In this document: one piece after another, positions 17,883 to 28,196 of the stretch
How the letters are laid out: the number at the start of each line of letters is the position of its first letter
How positions within the stretch are numbered: position 1 is the stretch's first letter
Source of the DNA: Patescibacteria group bacterium
GTDB taxonomy: Bacteria > Patescibacteriota > Patescibacteriia > Patescibacteriales > UBA12465
Direction of reading: 5' to 3'
Assembly: GCA_028696995.1 (NCBI GenBank)
Contig: JAQVFY010000002.1
Coordinates: forward strand, 2,647-66,646
Length of the DNA: 64,000 nt
The notes under the pieces: model-generated
What the model saw: the letters and a program-made list of their open reading frames with translations, nothing else
Told to the model about the DNA's origin: nothing
The model's database searches: none
Position numbers and translations under genes: made by a program

Positions 17883-20105
17883 TTATTTTAATTTAAATTT
17901 TTTCTTAATATCAGCAATTAGAGGTTCAGCTCTATCTGGCTTGGGATTATAACGAAGCAACCAAAAAACTGCCGTTCTAAAAGATGTCCAACAATAATAC
18001 AGTTTAATTCTCTCCTTTAATCTAATATTATAGTTAATCTTAGCACTTCGACAATAAGTAGTAATAAAAATATCAATTATTTTTCTAACATAAGATCTAT
18101 TATAATTAAATTTTATTAATTTATACTCCAATTGCTGAATAAAAGACCCTAAATCACGAGCAAAATCTGAAGGACAAATGTCAGTAAAATCGATCATCGC
18201 TATTTTTTGACGACCCATTTTTATAATATTTTCCGGATGAACATCTCCATGTATCAACCACCTCTTAGAACTAAGATTAAAAAAATCTTCTTCCAATTCA
18301 ATTAAATAATCATAAATTTTCTTCAAATCTTTAACATACTTATCGTCATATTTATCTTTAACATTTTTTAAAACTTGATTATAGCCAGGAACAACTGTTT
18401 TAATTCTGCTATTTCTCTTATTAAAACTAATTATATCGGAAATTGGAGTTTTATGCAATTTTGCCAACCATTCCGCTGTTTTTTTCACAACTTTTTCTAC
18501 CTCTTTTTTTTCATTATTTTTAATAAAAGTTAATAAATCATCACCCTTAACTCCTCGATAAAAAGAGGCATTAAAATGTTTAGAATAAAACAAAGGCTTA
18601 GGAATTGTTAAAAAACCCTTAGAAAAACCATGCTCCCACAAATAACTCAAATTATCATAGACATTTTTCCTTGGTTCACTAGAATGAGCGGTACAAAAGA
18701 AAGACAAAGACTTAATATTTTTCTTTGATTTCCCGCCAATTTTAGGGATAAAGAAGGTTTTAAATTCTAAAACAACATGATAAGTTGTTTGCCAGATATA
18801 ATCCTTGTGATAAATTATTTTTATTCTTTCGATTTTTTTAAAATCAGGATAAAGTGGTAATATTTTTTTAGTAAAAAGATTTCTAACATAACTTTCACTC
18901 AATAATCTATTAATCTTATTATTACTCTTTAATTTATTGCGAGAATGATAAGACCAATGTTTACTCCAAACAGCTTTTTTAATCGCTACAAAAATATTTT
19001 CTGATTTAATTTTCTCGGCATAAGAAGTAGAATTTTCTAAAGACCGAATAGAGCGAATTAACTCATTAGCCCCTCTTTCGATTTCATCTGGATTCCAAGC
19101 TTGAGGACCAAAATTATGCTTGAAATCATTAGCACTAGCCCACCAAAAAGTACAACTAGCCAAACCCCTTACTAGATGCCAACGAAACCAATTGTAATTA
19201 ATATCATCTCTATTTTTTTCACCAATATTAACAGCTAAATTAACCAATTTCCAAAGTTTAGTATGAATTTCGTTATTTTTATCACTCCAAAGACGAAAAG
19301 GTTGTTTGGCTAATAACTCTTTTTCAGTTGATTCCCAATTACTTTTTCGAATCGTAATTTCCTCTATTTTTTTAAACTTAGAAATATAAGCAGAAATCAG
19401 AGATGTTTTTAATAATTTATTAGTTAAAACTTTTTCTAGCTTCCCATTATTATCATTATGTCTCAATCCATATAACTCTCCATCAGTAGCACTAATAATA
19501 ACTCGATCATCATTTTTATTCTTAATTTTACTTGTTAATATTTTTTCAATTTCATCAGGCACATAACAATTAGAAAATTTCCTAGAACGGAAAATAATTT
19601 TTAAAGCACTATTTTTATCAATATAAACATTTTCAGGAACAATCTTCTTGCGTCCCTGATAAGAAATTTCATCTAATATCAACCATTTATAACCAAGCTT
19701 CTTAACAATTTTGGCAACTTCAGAACTATAGGCCATTTCCGGAAGAAAAAACCCCTTCAATTTAGCTTTGGGAAAATACTTTTTAATTATTTCCTCATTT
19801 TCTTTAATTTGATCGCAAACCTCCCTTTTATTAACTAAAGGTAATAAAGCATGATAAGCAGCTGATCCGGTTAATTCAATTTGACCTCGCTCTAATAAAT
19901 TATTAATTTTTTCTATCAAATCAAAATATTTTAATTCTACTAAACGAGAAATTAAACAACCTGAAATATTAATATTAAATTTAATATCAGGATTATCCTC
20001 TAAGGCCTGAATAACCCTCTTGTAACTAAGCTCCACAGCTTCTTTTATTTTATAATAATCAGAATTAGCTGGTTGATACCAATGTAAAAAATTAATCCAC
20101 AACAT
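17883..20105 (-). CDS. Fusion protein: N-terminal GH57-family glycoside hydrolase domain plus C-terminal APH/choline-kinase-like phosphotransferase domain
   Basis: GH57-like regions: LHWYQP, RGQIELTGSAAYH, FFLPEMAY, SATDGELYG. Kinase motifs: LIHGDVHPENII (HGDxHxxN) and MIDFTD. 740 aa, immediately downstream of glgA. Confidence 0.65.
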   Translation of the reverse strand: MLWINFLHWYQPANSDYYKIKEAVELSYKRVIQALEDNPDIKFNINISGCLISRLVELKYFDLIEKINNLLERGQIELTGSAAYHALLPLVNKREVCDQIKENEEIIKKYFPKAKLKGFFLPEMAYSSEVAKIVKKLGYKWLILDEISYQGRKKIVPENVYIDKNSALKIIFRSRKFSNCYVPDEIEKILTSKIKNKNDDRVIISATDGELYGLRHNDNNGKLEKVLTNKLLKTSLISAYISKFKKIEEITIRKSNWESTEKELLAKQPFRLWSDKNNEIHTKLWKLVNLAVNIGEKNRDDINYNWFRWHLVRGLASCTFWWASANDFKHNFGPQAWNPDEIERGANELIRSIRSLENSTSYAEKIKSENIFVAIKKAVWSKHWSYHSRNKLKSNNKINRLLSESYVRNLFTKKILPLYPDFKKIERIKIIYHKDYIWQTTYHVVLEFKTFFIPKIGGKSKKNIKSLSFFCTAHSSEPRKNVYDNLSYLWEHGFSKGFLTIPKPLFYSKHFNASFYRGVKGDDLLTFIKNNEKKEVEKVVKKTAEWLAKLHKTPISDIISFNKRNSRIKTVVPGYNQVLKNVKDKYDDKYVKDLKKIYDYLIELEEDFFNLSSKRWLIHGDVHPENIIKMGRQKIAMIDFTDICPSDFARDLGSFIQQLEYKLIKFNYNRSYVRKIIDIFITTYCRSAKINYNIRLKERIKLYYCWTSFRTAVFWLLRYNPKPDRAEPLIADIKKKFKLK

Positions 20106-20108
20106 ATT

Positions 20109-21578
20109 TTAATTCTTAATTTTTAAAGCTTTTTTATATAACTCTACATATTTTCTAGCGGGAATCTCCCAACTACTAGATTTATGCATTGCTCGAACAA
20201 TTAATTCTTCCCAAGTTTTTTTATGTTTATAATTTTCTAAAGCTCGAGCAATAGCTCCAAAAAAAGCAAACTCATCTTCCATTTTAAAAACAAAACCTGT
20301 CCCTTTATTAGTCAAAGGACTAAAATTATCAACAGTATCACGCAAACCACCAACCCCTCTGACAATAGGAATAGCACCATAACGCATAGCTATCATTTGA
20401 TTTATTCCACAAGGCTCAAAATATGAAGGAAGAATAAAAAAATCAGAAGCCGAATAAAGCAAAGTTTCTTTATCGGAATTAACTTGAAAAGGTAGCCATA
20501 ACATTTTTTTGGGATATTTCTTTTGCATCCTCTTTAATTCTTTAATATAGTCAGAATCACCATCTCCCATAAATATCATCTGCAAATCCAAACGCAAAAC
20601 ATAAGGTAATATTTTTAAAATAACATCGAAACCCTTTTGATGAGCTATTCGAGAAGTAGAACAAAATAGAGGAAGATCCTCATCAACAGTAAGACCAAAT
20701 TTCTTTTGTAAATATTTTTTATTTTCACTTTTAAGCTGATAACTTTCAAAATTATACTTCCTAAACAAACCTTTGTCCTTCTGCGGATTATAAGAATTAT
20801 AATCAATGCCATTAATAATTCCAAACAAGCGATCTTCCTTATTCTTTAAAATACGATGCAAATCCTGACCAAATTTCTTAGTCATAATTTCTTCGCGATA
20901 TCTCTCGCTAACAGTATTAATAATGTCAGCTGACAAAATAGCTCTTTTAGCAAAATTAATATTTAAAAGATCAGGATCATTAAAAGAAGGAAGTTTTTTA
21001 CGACCATAATCCTTTTTTTCAGCAGGAACACTATACCAAGGACGACTCATTTGAAAAGCTAAATTATGAATAGTAAAAATTGTTTTAGTTTCTTGTAAAT
21101 TCTTAGTATAACGATAATTATTTTTTATAAAATAAGGAATCAGACCGGTATGCCAATCATGACAATGAATAATATCAGGGACCTGCTCTAATAAATTAAT
21201 TAACTTCAAAGAAGCAATATTAAGAATTAAAAATCTAATATTATCCCGATGGGAAATATAAATCTTTTTTAAACTTGAAAAGTGCTCTTTATTTTCAATA
21301 AAATAAACTGGTAAACCATTGATCAATTGCCCCTGCCAAAAATTAACTAAAATAGAATTTTCCTTATCAATTATTATATTAACATCCTTAAAAATTAATT
21401 TAAGATTATAATTCTTCTTATCAATTATTTTTCCATAAAGTGGAGTAATAATAGAAACTTTATGTCCCAAGCGAAACAAAGCTTTAGGCAAACTTCGAGT
21501 AACATCTCCTAAGCCCCCAGTTTTAGAAAATGGAGAAACTTCAGAAGTAATATGAATTATATTTAACTTTTTTGGCAT
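20109..21578 (-). CDS. glgA: Glycogen/starch synthase (GT5)
   Basis: HITSEVSPFSKTGGLGDV N-terminal motif, and EPCGINQM in the C-terminal Rossmann half. 489 aa. Confidence 0.9.
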   Translation of the reverse strand: MPKKLNIIHITSEVSPFSKTGGLGDVTRSLPKALFRLGHKVSIITPLYGKIIDKKNYNLKLIFKDVNIIIDKENSILVNFWQGQLINGLPVYFIENKEHFSSLKKIYISHRDNIRFLILNIASLKLINLLEQVPDIIHCHDWHTGLIPYFIKNNYRYTKNLQETKTIFTIHNLAFQMSRPWYSVPAEKKDYGRKKLPSFNDPDLLNINFAKRAILSADIINTVSERYREEIMTKKFGQDLHRILKNKEDRLFGIINGIDYNSYNPQKDKGLFRKYNFESYQLKSENKKYLQKKFGLTVDEDLPLFCSTSRIAHQKGFDVILKILPYVLRLDLQMIFMGDGDSDYIKELKRMQKKYPKKMLWLPFQVNSDKETLLYSASDFFILPSYFEPCGINQMIAMRYGAIPIVRGVGGLRDTVDNFSPLTNKGTGFVFKMEDEFAFFGAIARALENYKHKKTWEELIVRAMHKSSSWEIPARKYVELYKKALKIKN

Positions 21579-21607
21579 GATTTTATTATCTTATTGTCTT
21601 AAAATAT

Positions 21608-22090
21608 TTAAATTTTAATGCTAGAAGCACAAATAGCAGCCGCTAAAGCATCGGCCGCATCATCTGACCGAGGAGCTTCTTTTAATTTTAATATTATTTT
21701 AACCATCTTTTTAACTTGATTCTTATCTCCGCGACCAAAATTACAAACACCCTGCTTAATCTGCAAGGGCGTAAGTTCTAATAAACTAATATTATTTTTC
21801 TTAATATTTAAAAGCACCACCCCCCGAGCCTGACCAACTATTAAAGCGGTTTTAGCATTAGTATTAAAAAATAATTTTTCCACCGAAACAATGTCGGGCC
21901 GATATTTTTTTATCAACAAATTAAGTTCCTTATCTAGAACCTCTAGGCGACTAGGAAGGTCATCTTGAGCTCGAGTCTTGATAGTCCCAAAATCTAAACA
22001 AATTAATTCACTTTTGTCAACCGAAATAACCCCAAAACCAGTATCAGCAATTCCCGGATCTAATCCTAAAATAATCTTCTTTTTGATCAT
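21608..22090 (-). CDS. ruvC: Holliday junction resolvase RuvC
   Basis: ILGLDPGIADTGFGVI with the catalytic Asp, and a C-terminal DAADALAAAIC motif. 160 aa. Confidence 0.9.
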   Translation of the reverse strand: MIKKKIILGLDPGIADTGFGVISVDKSELICLDFGTIKTRAQDDLPSRLEVLDKELNLLIKKYRPDIVSVEKLFFNTNAKTALIVGQARGVVLLNIKKNNISLLELTPLQIKQGVCNFGRGDKNQVKKMVKIILKLKEAPRSDDAADALAAAICASSIKI

Positions 22091-22094
22091 AAAA

Positions 22095-22778
22095 TTATTT
22101 TTGTATTAAAGTTCCCTTAAATTTCTGGCCAGAAAAATAATTATCTAAATTTGATAAATTCTGACCATTAAGGACTAAGACTTTTTTATTTTTCTGCTGA
22201 CAACGAAGAGCTGCCACCGGATCAAAAGGAGCGTTCATCCCAGGAGTCCAATTTTCCCCTACTATTTTCAAAAATTTTGACCAGCTCATTTCTTTTATTT
22301 TTTTAGCATTGGGAAATTTATTAGGATTTTTATCATAAACATAATCAATATTGGATAAGTTAATTATTTTCTTAATCCCATAAATTTCAGCTAACAAAAC
22401 AGCCACAAAATCAGAAGAATTTCCTGGTAAATACCCACCAGAAAAAACCAAGGGTTTATTACTTTTAACCTTAATCTTAGGATTAATTATCAATTTCTCA
22501 AAAGCTAAGTCTCCAAAAATAGATTTAAGCAAATAAGCATTCAATTGAGTAGCCTTTATCCCAATGAAATCTTGATCACGCTCAATAATTATTGAATTAA
22601 TTTTTTTAGCAGAGGCAACATATTGTCGCGCAACGCTTCCTCCGCCAACTACAATAATAAACTTATCGCCTTTTTCAACCCGATCTTCAATCAATCTTTT
22701 AAATTTCTTTAGAAAACTAATATTAACTCCATCTTTTAGAGAGACAATAGATCCTCCCAAGGATAGAACATAGAACAT
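22095..22778 (-). CDS. pyrH: UMP kinase, archaeal-type (amino-acid kinase fold)
   Basis: LSLGGSIV then VVGGGSVARQY in a 227-aa protein. The pattern fits the short archaeal PyrH form better than the bacterial KLSGE form. This is from recollection. Confidence 0.65.
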   Translation of the reverse strand: MFYVLSLGGSIVSLKDGVNISFLKKFKRLIEDRVEKGDKFIIVVGGGSVARQYVASAKKINSIIIERDQDFIGIKATQLNAYLLKSIFGDLAFEKLIINPKIKVKSNKPLVFSGGYLPGNSSDFVAVLLAEIYGIKKIINLSNIDYVYDKNPNKFPNAKKIKEMSWSKFLKIVGENWTPGMNAPFDPVAALRCQQKNKKVLVLNGQNLSNLDNYFSGQKFKGTLIQK

Positions 22779-22783
22779 AATTT

Positions 22784-23839
22784 TTATTTATTTTCTTTTT
22801 TATTATAAGCTTCCAAAATTTTAAACCGAACTTCTTTTAATAATTTTTCCTGAGATTTTAATTGGTTTTTGGCATTTTCTCGACCAACTCCCAATTTATT
22901 TTCTCCAAAACTATAAGAATTTCCAGATTTTTTAATAACATCGTATTCAACTCCCAAATCTAATAAATCCCCAGCTACAGAAATACCTTCATTATACATA
23001 ATATCAAATTCAGCAACCTTAAAAGGAGCTGCTACTTTGTTTTTAACGATTTTAGCTTTTACCCTATTTCCAATGATCTTTTCACCTTGCTTAATTTGAG
23101 CATTACGACGAACTTCAACCCGAACAGAAGAATAAAATTTCAAAGCATTTCCACCGCTAGTAGTTTCGGGATTACCAAAAAATACTCCAATCTTGTTTCT
23201 AATTTGATTAATAAAAATGACTACTGTTTTAGACTTAGCAATAATTCCAGTTAATTTTCTCAAAGCTTGACTCATGAGTCGAGCCTGAAGACCCATATGT
23301 TGGTCACCCATATCACCCTCTATTTCTTTTTGAGGGACTAAAGCAGCAACACTATCTACTACTACCACATCGACAGCATTAGAGCGAACCAATGTTTCTA
23401 CTATCTCCAAGGCTTGTTCTCCAGTATCGGGCTGAGAAATGAGCATTTCCTTGATATTTATACCAATTTTCTCAGCATAATCAGGATCTAAAGCGTGCTC
23501 AGCATCAACAAAAGCAGCCACTCCCCCAGTTTTTTGTACTTCCGCTACGATATGCTGGGCTAAAGTAGTTTTTCCAGAAGATTCCGGTCCAAAAATCTCA
23601 ATAACTCTTCCACGGGGAACGCCCCCTACTCCAAAAGCTAAATCCAAAGATAAACATCCAGTAGAAATAGCATCAACATTGGTTTTACGAGCATCACCAA
23701 AACGCATAATAGAACCCTCGCCAAACTTATTTTTAATTTGTTCCATAGCCAATAAAGTCGCCTCTACTTTCCCACTATGAGAACTCTTAGAATCTGATTT
23801 TAATTCTTTTGTTTCTTTTACTTTCTTTTCTTTCAACAT
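22784..23839 (-). CDS. recA: Recombinase RecA
   Basis: [11 protein letters not shown] Walker [16 protein letters not shown]. Confidence 0.97.
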   Translation of the reverse strand: MLKEKKVKETKELKSDSKSSHSGKVEATLLAMEQIKNKFGEGSIMRFGDARKTNVDAISTGCLSLDLAFGVGGVPRGRVIEIFGPESSGKTTLAQHIVAEVQKTGGVAAFVDAEHALDPDYAEKIGINIKEMLISQPDTGEQALEIVETLVRSNAVDVVVVDSVAALVPQKEIEGDMGDQHMGLQARLMSQALRKLTGIIAKSKTVVIFINQIRNKIGVFFGNPETTSGGNALKFYSSVRVEVRRNAQIKQGEKIIGNRVKAKIVKNKVAAPFKVAEFDIMYNEGISVAGDLLDLGVEYDVIKKSGNSYSFGENKLGVGRENAKNQLKSQEKLLKEVRFKILEAYNKKENK

Positions 23840-23990
23840 AATTTTTCTATAATTATAAATTTAAAAAAATATAATTATTTATATTTAATAATAAAAAATA
23901 AATTAATAATATTATACAAATTACTTAATAAAAATAAAGAAAATTAATTTTAAATTTATTATAAATTAATAATTAAAAATTCTAAAATAT

Positions 23991-26597
23991 TTAATCACAA
24001 GGATTAACACTAGGAACACCATTACAACAATAGGGCTCTTGGGCTGTGGCTGAACAATTAAGACCAACACTAGGTTTAAAACAATTCTGATAAATATCTT
24101 TAACACCCGATCCAATTTGTGGAAAATAACTAGCTCCTTCAAAGAATTGAGCATGATTAATATAAGCATTGGTCTTATCTGGCTCCCCATCCAAGGGAGT
24201 GTCATCAATATTTTCTGCTCCTATCCAATAACCAACCAATTGACCGCTAAGTAAATTTATCAAACGATGAGCAACATCACCAATACCATTATTCATAATA
24301 ATTTCTCCAGTACGCAAGGTGCTAGCCATCATTAGTTTATTAAATCCAATTTTAACTGGAGCCCATAAATCAATATTGACATCATCTATTCCTGGGAAAA
24401 TAGAGGTTATCTGAGGAGGATCAGATTCTATTTTATCATTTATCCAAAAAGACCAAGACAAATTATCTCCACTTCCAGGCACAACACTATTCTTATAGTA
24501 AAAAGAGGCTGGCCCATTAGAATAACCATCACTATTTCCATCAAAAGAATTAAAAGAAGCATCTACTACCCCACTATTAGCATTAATATCAGCTAAAGAA
24601 TAAAATTTTCCATTACTATCAGTACAAATATTATTGGTACAAGTAGAAAAAGGGCTTTTATTGGAGCAATTACTATTATCTCCAGAACAATTAAATAAAT
24701 TAGAAGCCTCTATCTCTACTTTTAAATTACTATCTGATGGTAAACAATAAATATCCTCCCCGCAAGCATTAACTCCACAAAGATTATCAGATTTAAACTC
24801 AACGGTCTTGTAATCAGAAGAAATTTGAAATCGACCCGACAAAAAATTACCAACACAAGAAGAATTATTGCATTTTAAAGATCGACAATCACCACCTTGT
24901 GAACATACTTCTCCATTATCTTTAGCTGAAGCACTATTGTTCACAATTCTAATAGTATCAAAAATCTCATAACTCTCTCCTGAAACTCTTAAAGGATTAA
25001 TTGCCTCGTTGAAATTTATTTGAATAATACTATTCATGGGCTTGTCTTTTTTATCGTTAATATTTACAGATTCAACCGAGTTAGCTCCGCCAGAAAAGGG
25101 CTGAATAACAATTTTGTTAGAATCTGAAGAACTAACAGAAAAAAGATTTCCATTAAGACCGGCTATTTTATTAGTTAAATTAATTACCCCTGCTGTAGTA
25201 GATAAAACAGCCTCAATAGATGAATCAAGTGTATTTATAGCATTAACTAAATTAGTAGCCGTCTCAGTCACACTAGCTCCAATTTTAATATTAGAACCAG
25301 AATTATTACCATTGGTAAAATTATACATTAATGAATTTAAAATTACATAATCACTTTCAACTTTTTTGCTAACTTCAACATCCCAGGAATTACCAGCTAT
25401 CACGCTCGGGTTTGTTATATTCGAAGGAATTAACTTAAAATAACCAGTAAAATCAAAGACGTTAGAAACAGGAATAATATCAAAAACTCCCAAAGAAATA
25501 TTTCCACTACTAGAATCCTTACCAAATAATTGAGCCTTGTTTCCATTAGAATCAACCACAACCTCAAAAGAAGTATAATTTCCGTTATAAGTACCAAGAA
25601 TTGAAACATTGGCCGGAACTGACCCTGGTAAAGGAGTAACAGAAACGACACTAGCTGGCTGATAAGTGTTAAAATTATTAGTCAAAAAACTTATAGAGGC
25701 AGTAGCTGGAGTAGCACTTATTATAGATAAACTATCTTTAAGATTATCGGGTTGAGGAAAAATACTATTTATTTTAGGTGGAGTCAAATCTAAAACATTG
25801 CTAACCTCAAAATCCCATAAGAAATAATTACCGGAACAATTATCAAAAATACTACGACTTTCATCAACCACTAAAATATCGTTAGTAAAATAAACAATAT
25901 AATTAGTAAAACTATTTTCATTGCCCAAATAATTACTAGGTGTAAAAGTAAATATTTTATTATCTAAAGTATTAACCGAAAAACCAGTTGACTGAGAACA
26001 AGTTTTTTTATCAACGTCAAAATCACCCTCTTCGCAAATAATTACACTAGAGGTCGAAATAGTAGAAGAAGAAACTTCCTCTTTAAAAGTCGCCATAATC
26101 ATAGTATTTCTAGGAACAGCCTTTTGTCGAGGAGCTGGATAAACGCTCTCTAAACTACAAGCCCCAATAGCTCCTAAACCATTTTGAAAAAAAGCCTGAC
26201 CTGGAGAAATATTGCCGTTATTAGACTGTCCATCAGAAAACAAACTTCTAAAAATAAAAGTAACAATACCCCAAGCTGATAAAACTATAATCAAACCAAT
26301 AAGAGCATTTTTTAAAACTCTCTTAGCCTTAGATACTTTTTCCTCATTGCCTTCAGAAGTCATCCACAAAAATCCTCCAAATATAGCTAAAGAAACCGCA
26401 ATAATAGCTAAAAATCCTAAAGCTACATTTATAATTTTAACAATAATTGATCGAGGATCAGTAGATTCTAAAACAATAGTATTATCAACCGCTTCTATTC
26501 CTAAAGAATCACTGGCTAAAACAAACTTGCTAGCCAGAATTAAAAAAAACAAAAGAATAAAAGAAAACAATAAAAATATTTTTCTATTTTTCATCAT
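23991..26597 (-). CDS. Giant Cys-rich surface protein with N-terminal signal peptide plus TrbC/VirB2-like (T4SS-pilin-like) two-helix membrane module
   Basis: Signal peptide MMKNRKIFLLFSFILLFFLILA. Two helices, IINVALGFLAIIAVSLAIFGGFLWM and ALIGLIIVLSAWGIVTFIF, flank SEGNEEKVSKAKRVLKN. About 740 aa of S/N/T-rich sequence with Cys clusters follows. Confidence 0.6.
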   Translation of the reverse strand: MMKNRKIFLLFSFILLFFLILASKFVLASDSLGIEAVDNTIVLESTDPRSIIVKIINVALGFLAIIAVSLAIFGGFLWMTSEGNEEKVSKAKRVLKNALIGLIIVLSAWGIVTFIFRSLFSDGQSNNGNISPGQAFFQNGLGAIGACSLESVYPAPRQKAVPRNTMIMATFKEEVSSSTISTSSVIICEEGDFDVDKKTCSQSTGFSVNTLDNKIFTFTPSNYLGNENSFTNYIVYFTNDILVVDESRSIFDNCSGNYFLWDFEVSNVLDLTPPKINSIFPQPDNLKDSLSIISATPATASISFLTNNFNTYQPASVVSVTPLPGSVPANVSILGTYNGNYTSFEVVVDSNGNKAQLFGKDSSSGNISLGVFDIIPVSNVFDFTGYFKLIPSNITNPSVIAGNSWDVEVSKKVESDYVILNSLMYNFTNGNNSGSNIKIGASVTETATNLVNAINTLDSSIEAVLSTTAGVINLTNKIAGLNGNLFSVSSSDSNKIVIQPFSGGANSVESVNINDKKDKPMNSIIQINFNEAINPLRVSGESYEIFDTIRIVNNSASAKDNGEVCSQGGDCRSLKCNNSSCVGNFLSGRFQISSDYKTVEFKSDNLCGVNACGEDIYCLPSDSNLKVEIEASNLFNCSGDNSNCSNKSPFSTCTNNICTDSNGKFYSLADINANSGVVDASFNSFDGNSDGYSNGPASFYYKNSVVPGSGDNLSWSFWINDKIESDPPQITSIFPGIDDVNIDLWAPVKIGFNKLMMASTLRTGEIIMNNGIGDVAHRLINLLSGQLVGYWIGAENIDDTPLDGEPDKTNAYINHAQFFEGASYFPQIGSGVKDIYQNCFKPSVGLNCSATAQEPYCCNGVPSVNPCD

Positions 26598-26680
26598 AAA
26601 ATATATATTATTTATAAATTGATAACAAATTGCTTAATTGCAATTTTTATATTATTATTATAACATATAAAATAAAATAA

Positions 26681-28141
26681 TTGAAGGATATGACTATAGA
26701 GCGAGTAATTAAAAAAGCCCAAGAAATAAATCCGGAATTAGATACTAAAATTATAGAAAGGGCCTATAAATTCGCCGAAGAAGCCCATCGAGGTCAAAAC
26801 AGAAAAAGTGGCGAACCATATATTGAGCACCCCCTCCATACAGCTTTTAATTTAATCCAAATTAAAGCAGATTTAAGTACTATTATAGCCGGTATCTTAC
26901 ACGATGTTCCCGAAGATACCAATAAAACCCTAGAAGATATACGAAAAGAATTTGGAGATGAAGTTGCTGAATTAGTAGAAGGAATAACTAAATTAGGTAA
27001 AATAAAATATCGTGGAATAACTCGCTATCGAGAAAACCTTAGAAAAATGTTCTTAGCTATGGTGGATGATATTAGAATAATGTATATAAAATTCTGTGAT
27101 CGTCTTCATAATCTTAGAACCTTAGACGCCCTTCCAGAAAACAAACAACAAAGAATAGCTACTGAAACTCTAGAAATCTACGCTCCTATCGCTGGACTTA
27201 TAGGTATTTGGCATCTTAAATGGCAAATGGAAGATATTTGTTTCAAATATTTATTTCCTAAAGAATACAAACAAATAGAATATAAATACGAAATTGAAAA
27301 AAAATCAGAACGCAACCAGTTTTTTCAAAAAGTTAAAAATATTTTAGAAGAAGAATTAAAAAAAACAAAAATTAATTACGAAATTAGCGCCCGCTTTAAA
27401 CATCTCTACAGCATTTGGAAAAAAATGCAAATCAAAGAAAGAAAATTTGATGAAATTTATGATGTTTTTGCTTTAAGAGTGGTAGTCGAAAACATTGAGG
27501 ATTGTTATAAGGTTTTAGGGATAATTCATAATATTTGGAAACCAATAACTGATCGCTTTAAAGATTATATCGCCCTGCCCAAACCCAATGGTTATCGCAG
27601 TTTACATACCACTATAATTGGCCCTGACAATAAAGCTACTGAATTCCAAATTAAAACTAAAGAAATGCACGAAGAATCTCTTTATGGATCTCAAAATCAC
27701 TGGAATTATAAAAACGAAACATCTAAATATGAAAAACCTAATTGGATTAAAGAAATTCTAGAAATACAGAAAGAAAACCAAAATACCGAAAATTTTATTA
27801 AAGAAATAAAATCAAATATTTTCCAAAATAGAATTTTTGTTTTTTCTCCTAAAGGGGATGTTATTGAATTACCTGACAAAGCCACTCCTATTGATTTTGC
27901 CTATGCTATTCATACTGACATCGGAAATAAAGCTTCGCAAGTCTTAATTAACGAAAAAATAAGTACCCTAGACCACGAATTAAAAAATGGAGATTTAGTA
28001 GAAATAATAATAGAAAAAGATAAAAAATATCCCGATAATCAATGGTTAAATTTTGTTAAAACTAAACACGCTAAAGACAGGATTAAACAATACTCACAAA
28101 AAGGAACTTTTGATAAATTTAAAAAAATATTCTATAAATAA
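26681..28141 (+). CDS. rel: Bifunctional (p)ppGpp synthetase/hydrolase (Rel/SpoT homologue, short form ending after the TGS domain)
   Basis: HD domain (GILHDVPEDT), synthetase (RFKDYIALPKPNGYRSLHTTI) and TGS (IFVFSPKGDVIELPDKATPIDFAYAIH). The track start is TTG 26681; an in-frame ATG lies at 26690. Confidence 0.9.
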   Translation: MKDMTIERVIKKAQEINPELDTKIIERAYKFAEEAHRGQNRKSGEPYIEHPLHTAFNLIQIKADLSTIIAGILHDVPEDTNKTLEDIRKEFGDEVAELVEGITKLGKIKYRGITRYRENLRKMFLAMVDDIRIMYIKFCDRLHNLRTLDALPENKQQRIATETLEIYAPIAGLIGIWHLKWQMEDICFKYLFPKEYKQIEYKYEIEKKSERNQFFQKVKNILEEELKKTKINYEISARFKHLYSIWKKMQIKERKFDEIYDVFALRVVVENIEDCYKVLGIIHNIWKPITDRFKDYIALPKPNGYRSLHTTIIGPDNKATEFQIKTKEMHEESLYGSQNHWNYKNETSKYEKPNWIKEILEIQKENQNTENFIKEIKSNIFQNRIFVFSPKGDVIELPDKATPIDFAYAIHTDIGNKASQVLINEKISTLDHELKNGDLVEIIIEKDKKYPDNQWLNFVKTKHAKDRIKQYSQKGTFDKFKKIFYK

Positions 28142-28145
28142 AACA

Positions 28146-28176
28146 AAAAACCGATATTATTAATACCGGTTTTTAT
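28146..28176. terminator. Bidirectional terminator between rel and rpsU
   Basis: AAAACCG (28147-28153) pairs with CGGTTTT (28167-28173), with further imperfect inner pairing. A-runs and T-runs flank both sides. Confidence 0.5.
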
Positions 28177-28196
28177 ATAATAAAAAAAATAAAAAA

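Noticed and set aside
23966-26622. ORFs 23966..24208, 25114..25350, 25430..25651 and 26212..26622 overlapping the 868-aa gene
   Set aside because: They are alternative-frame or antisense readings inside one long continuous ORF that has a signal peptide and a consistent composition.
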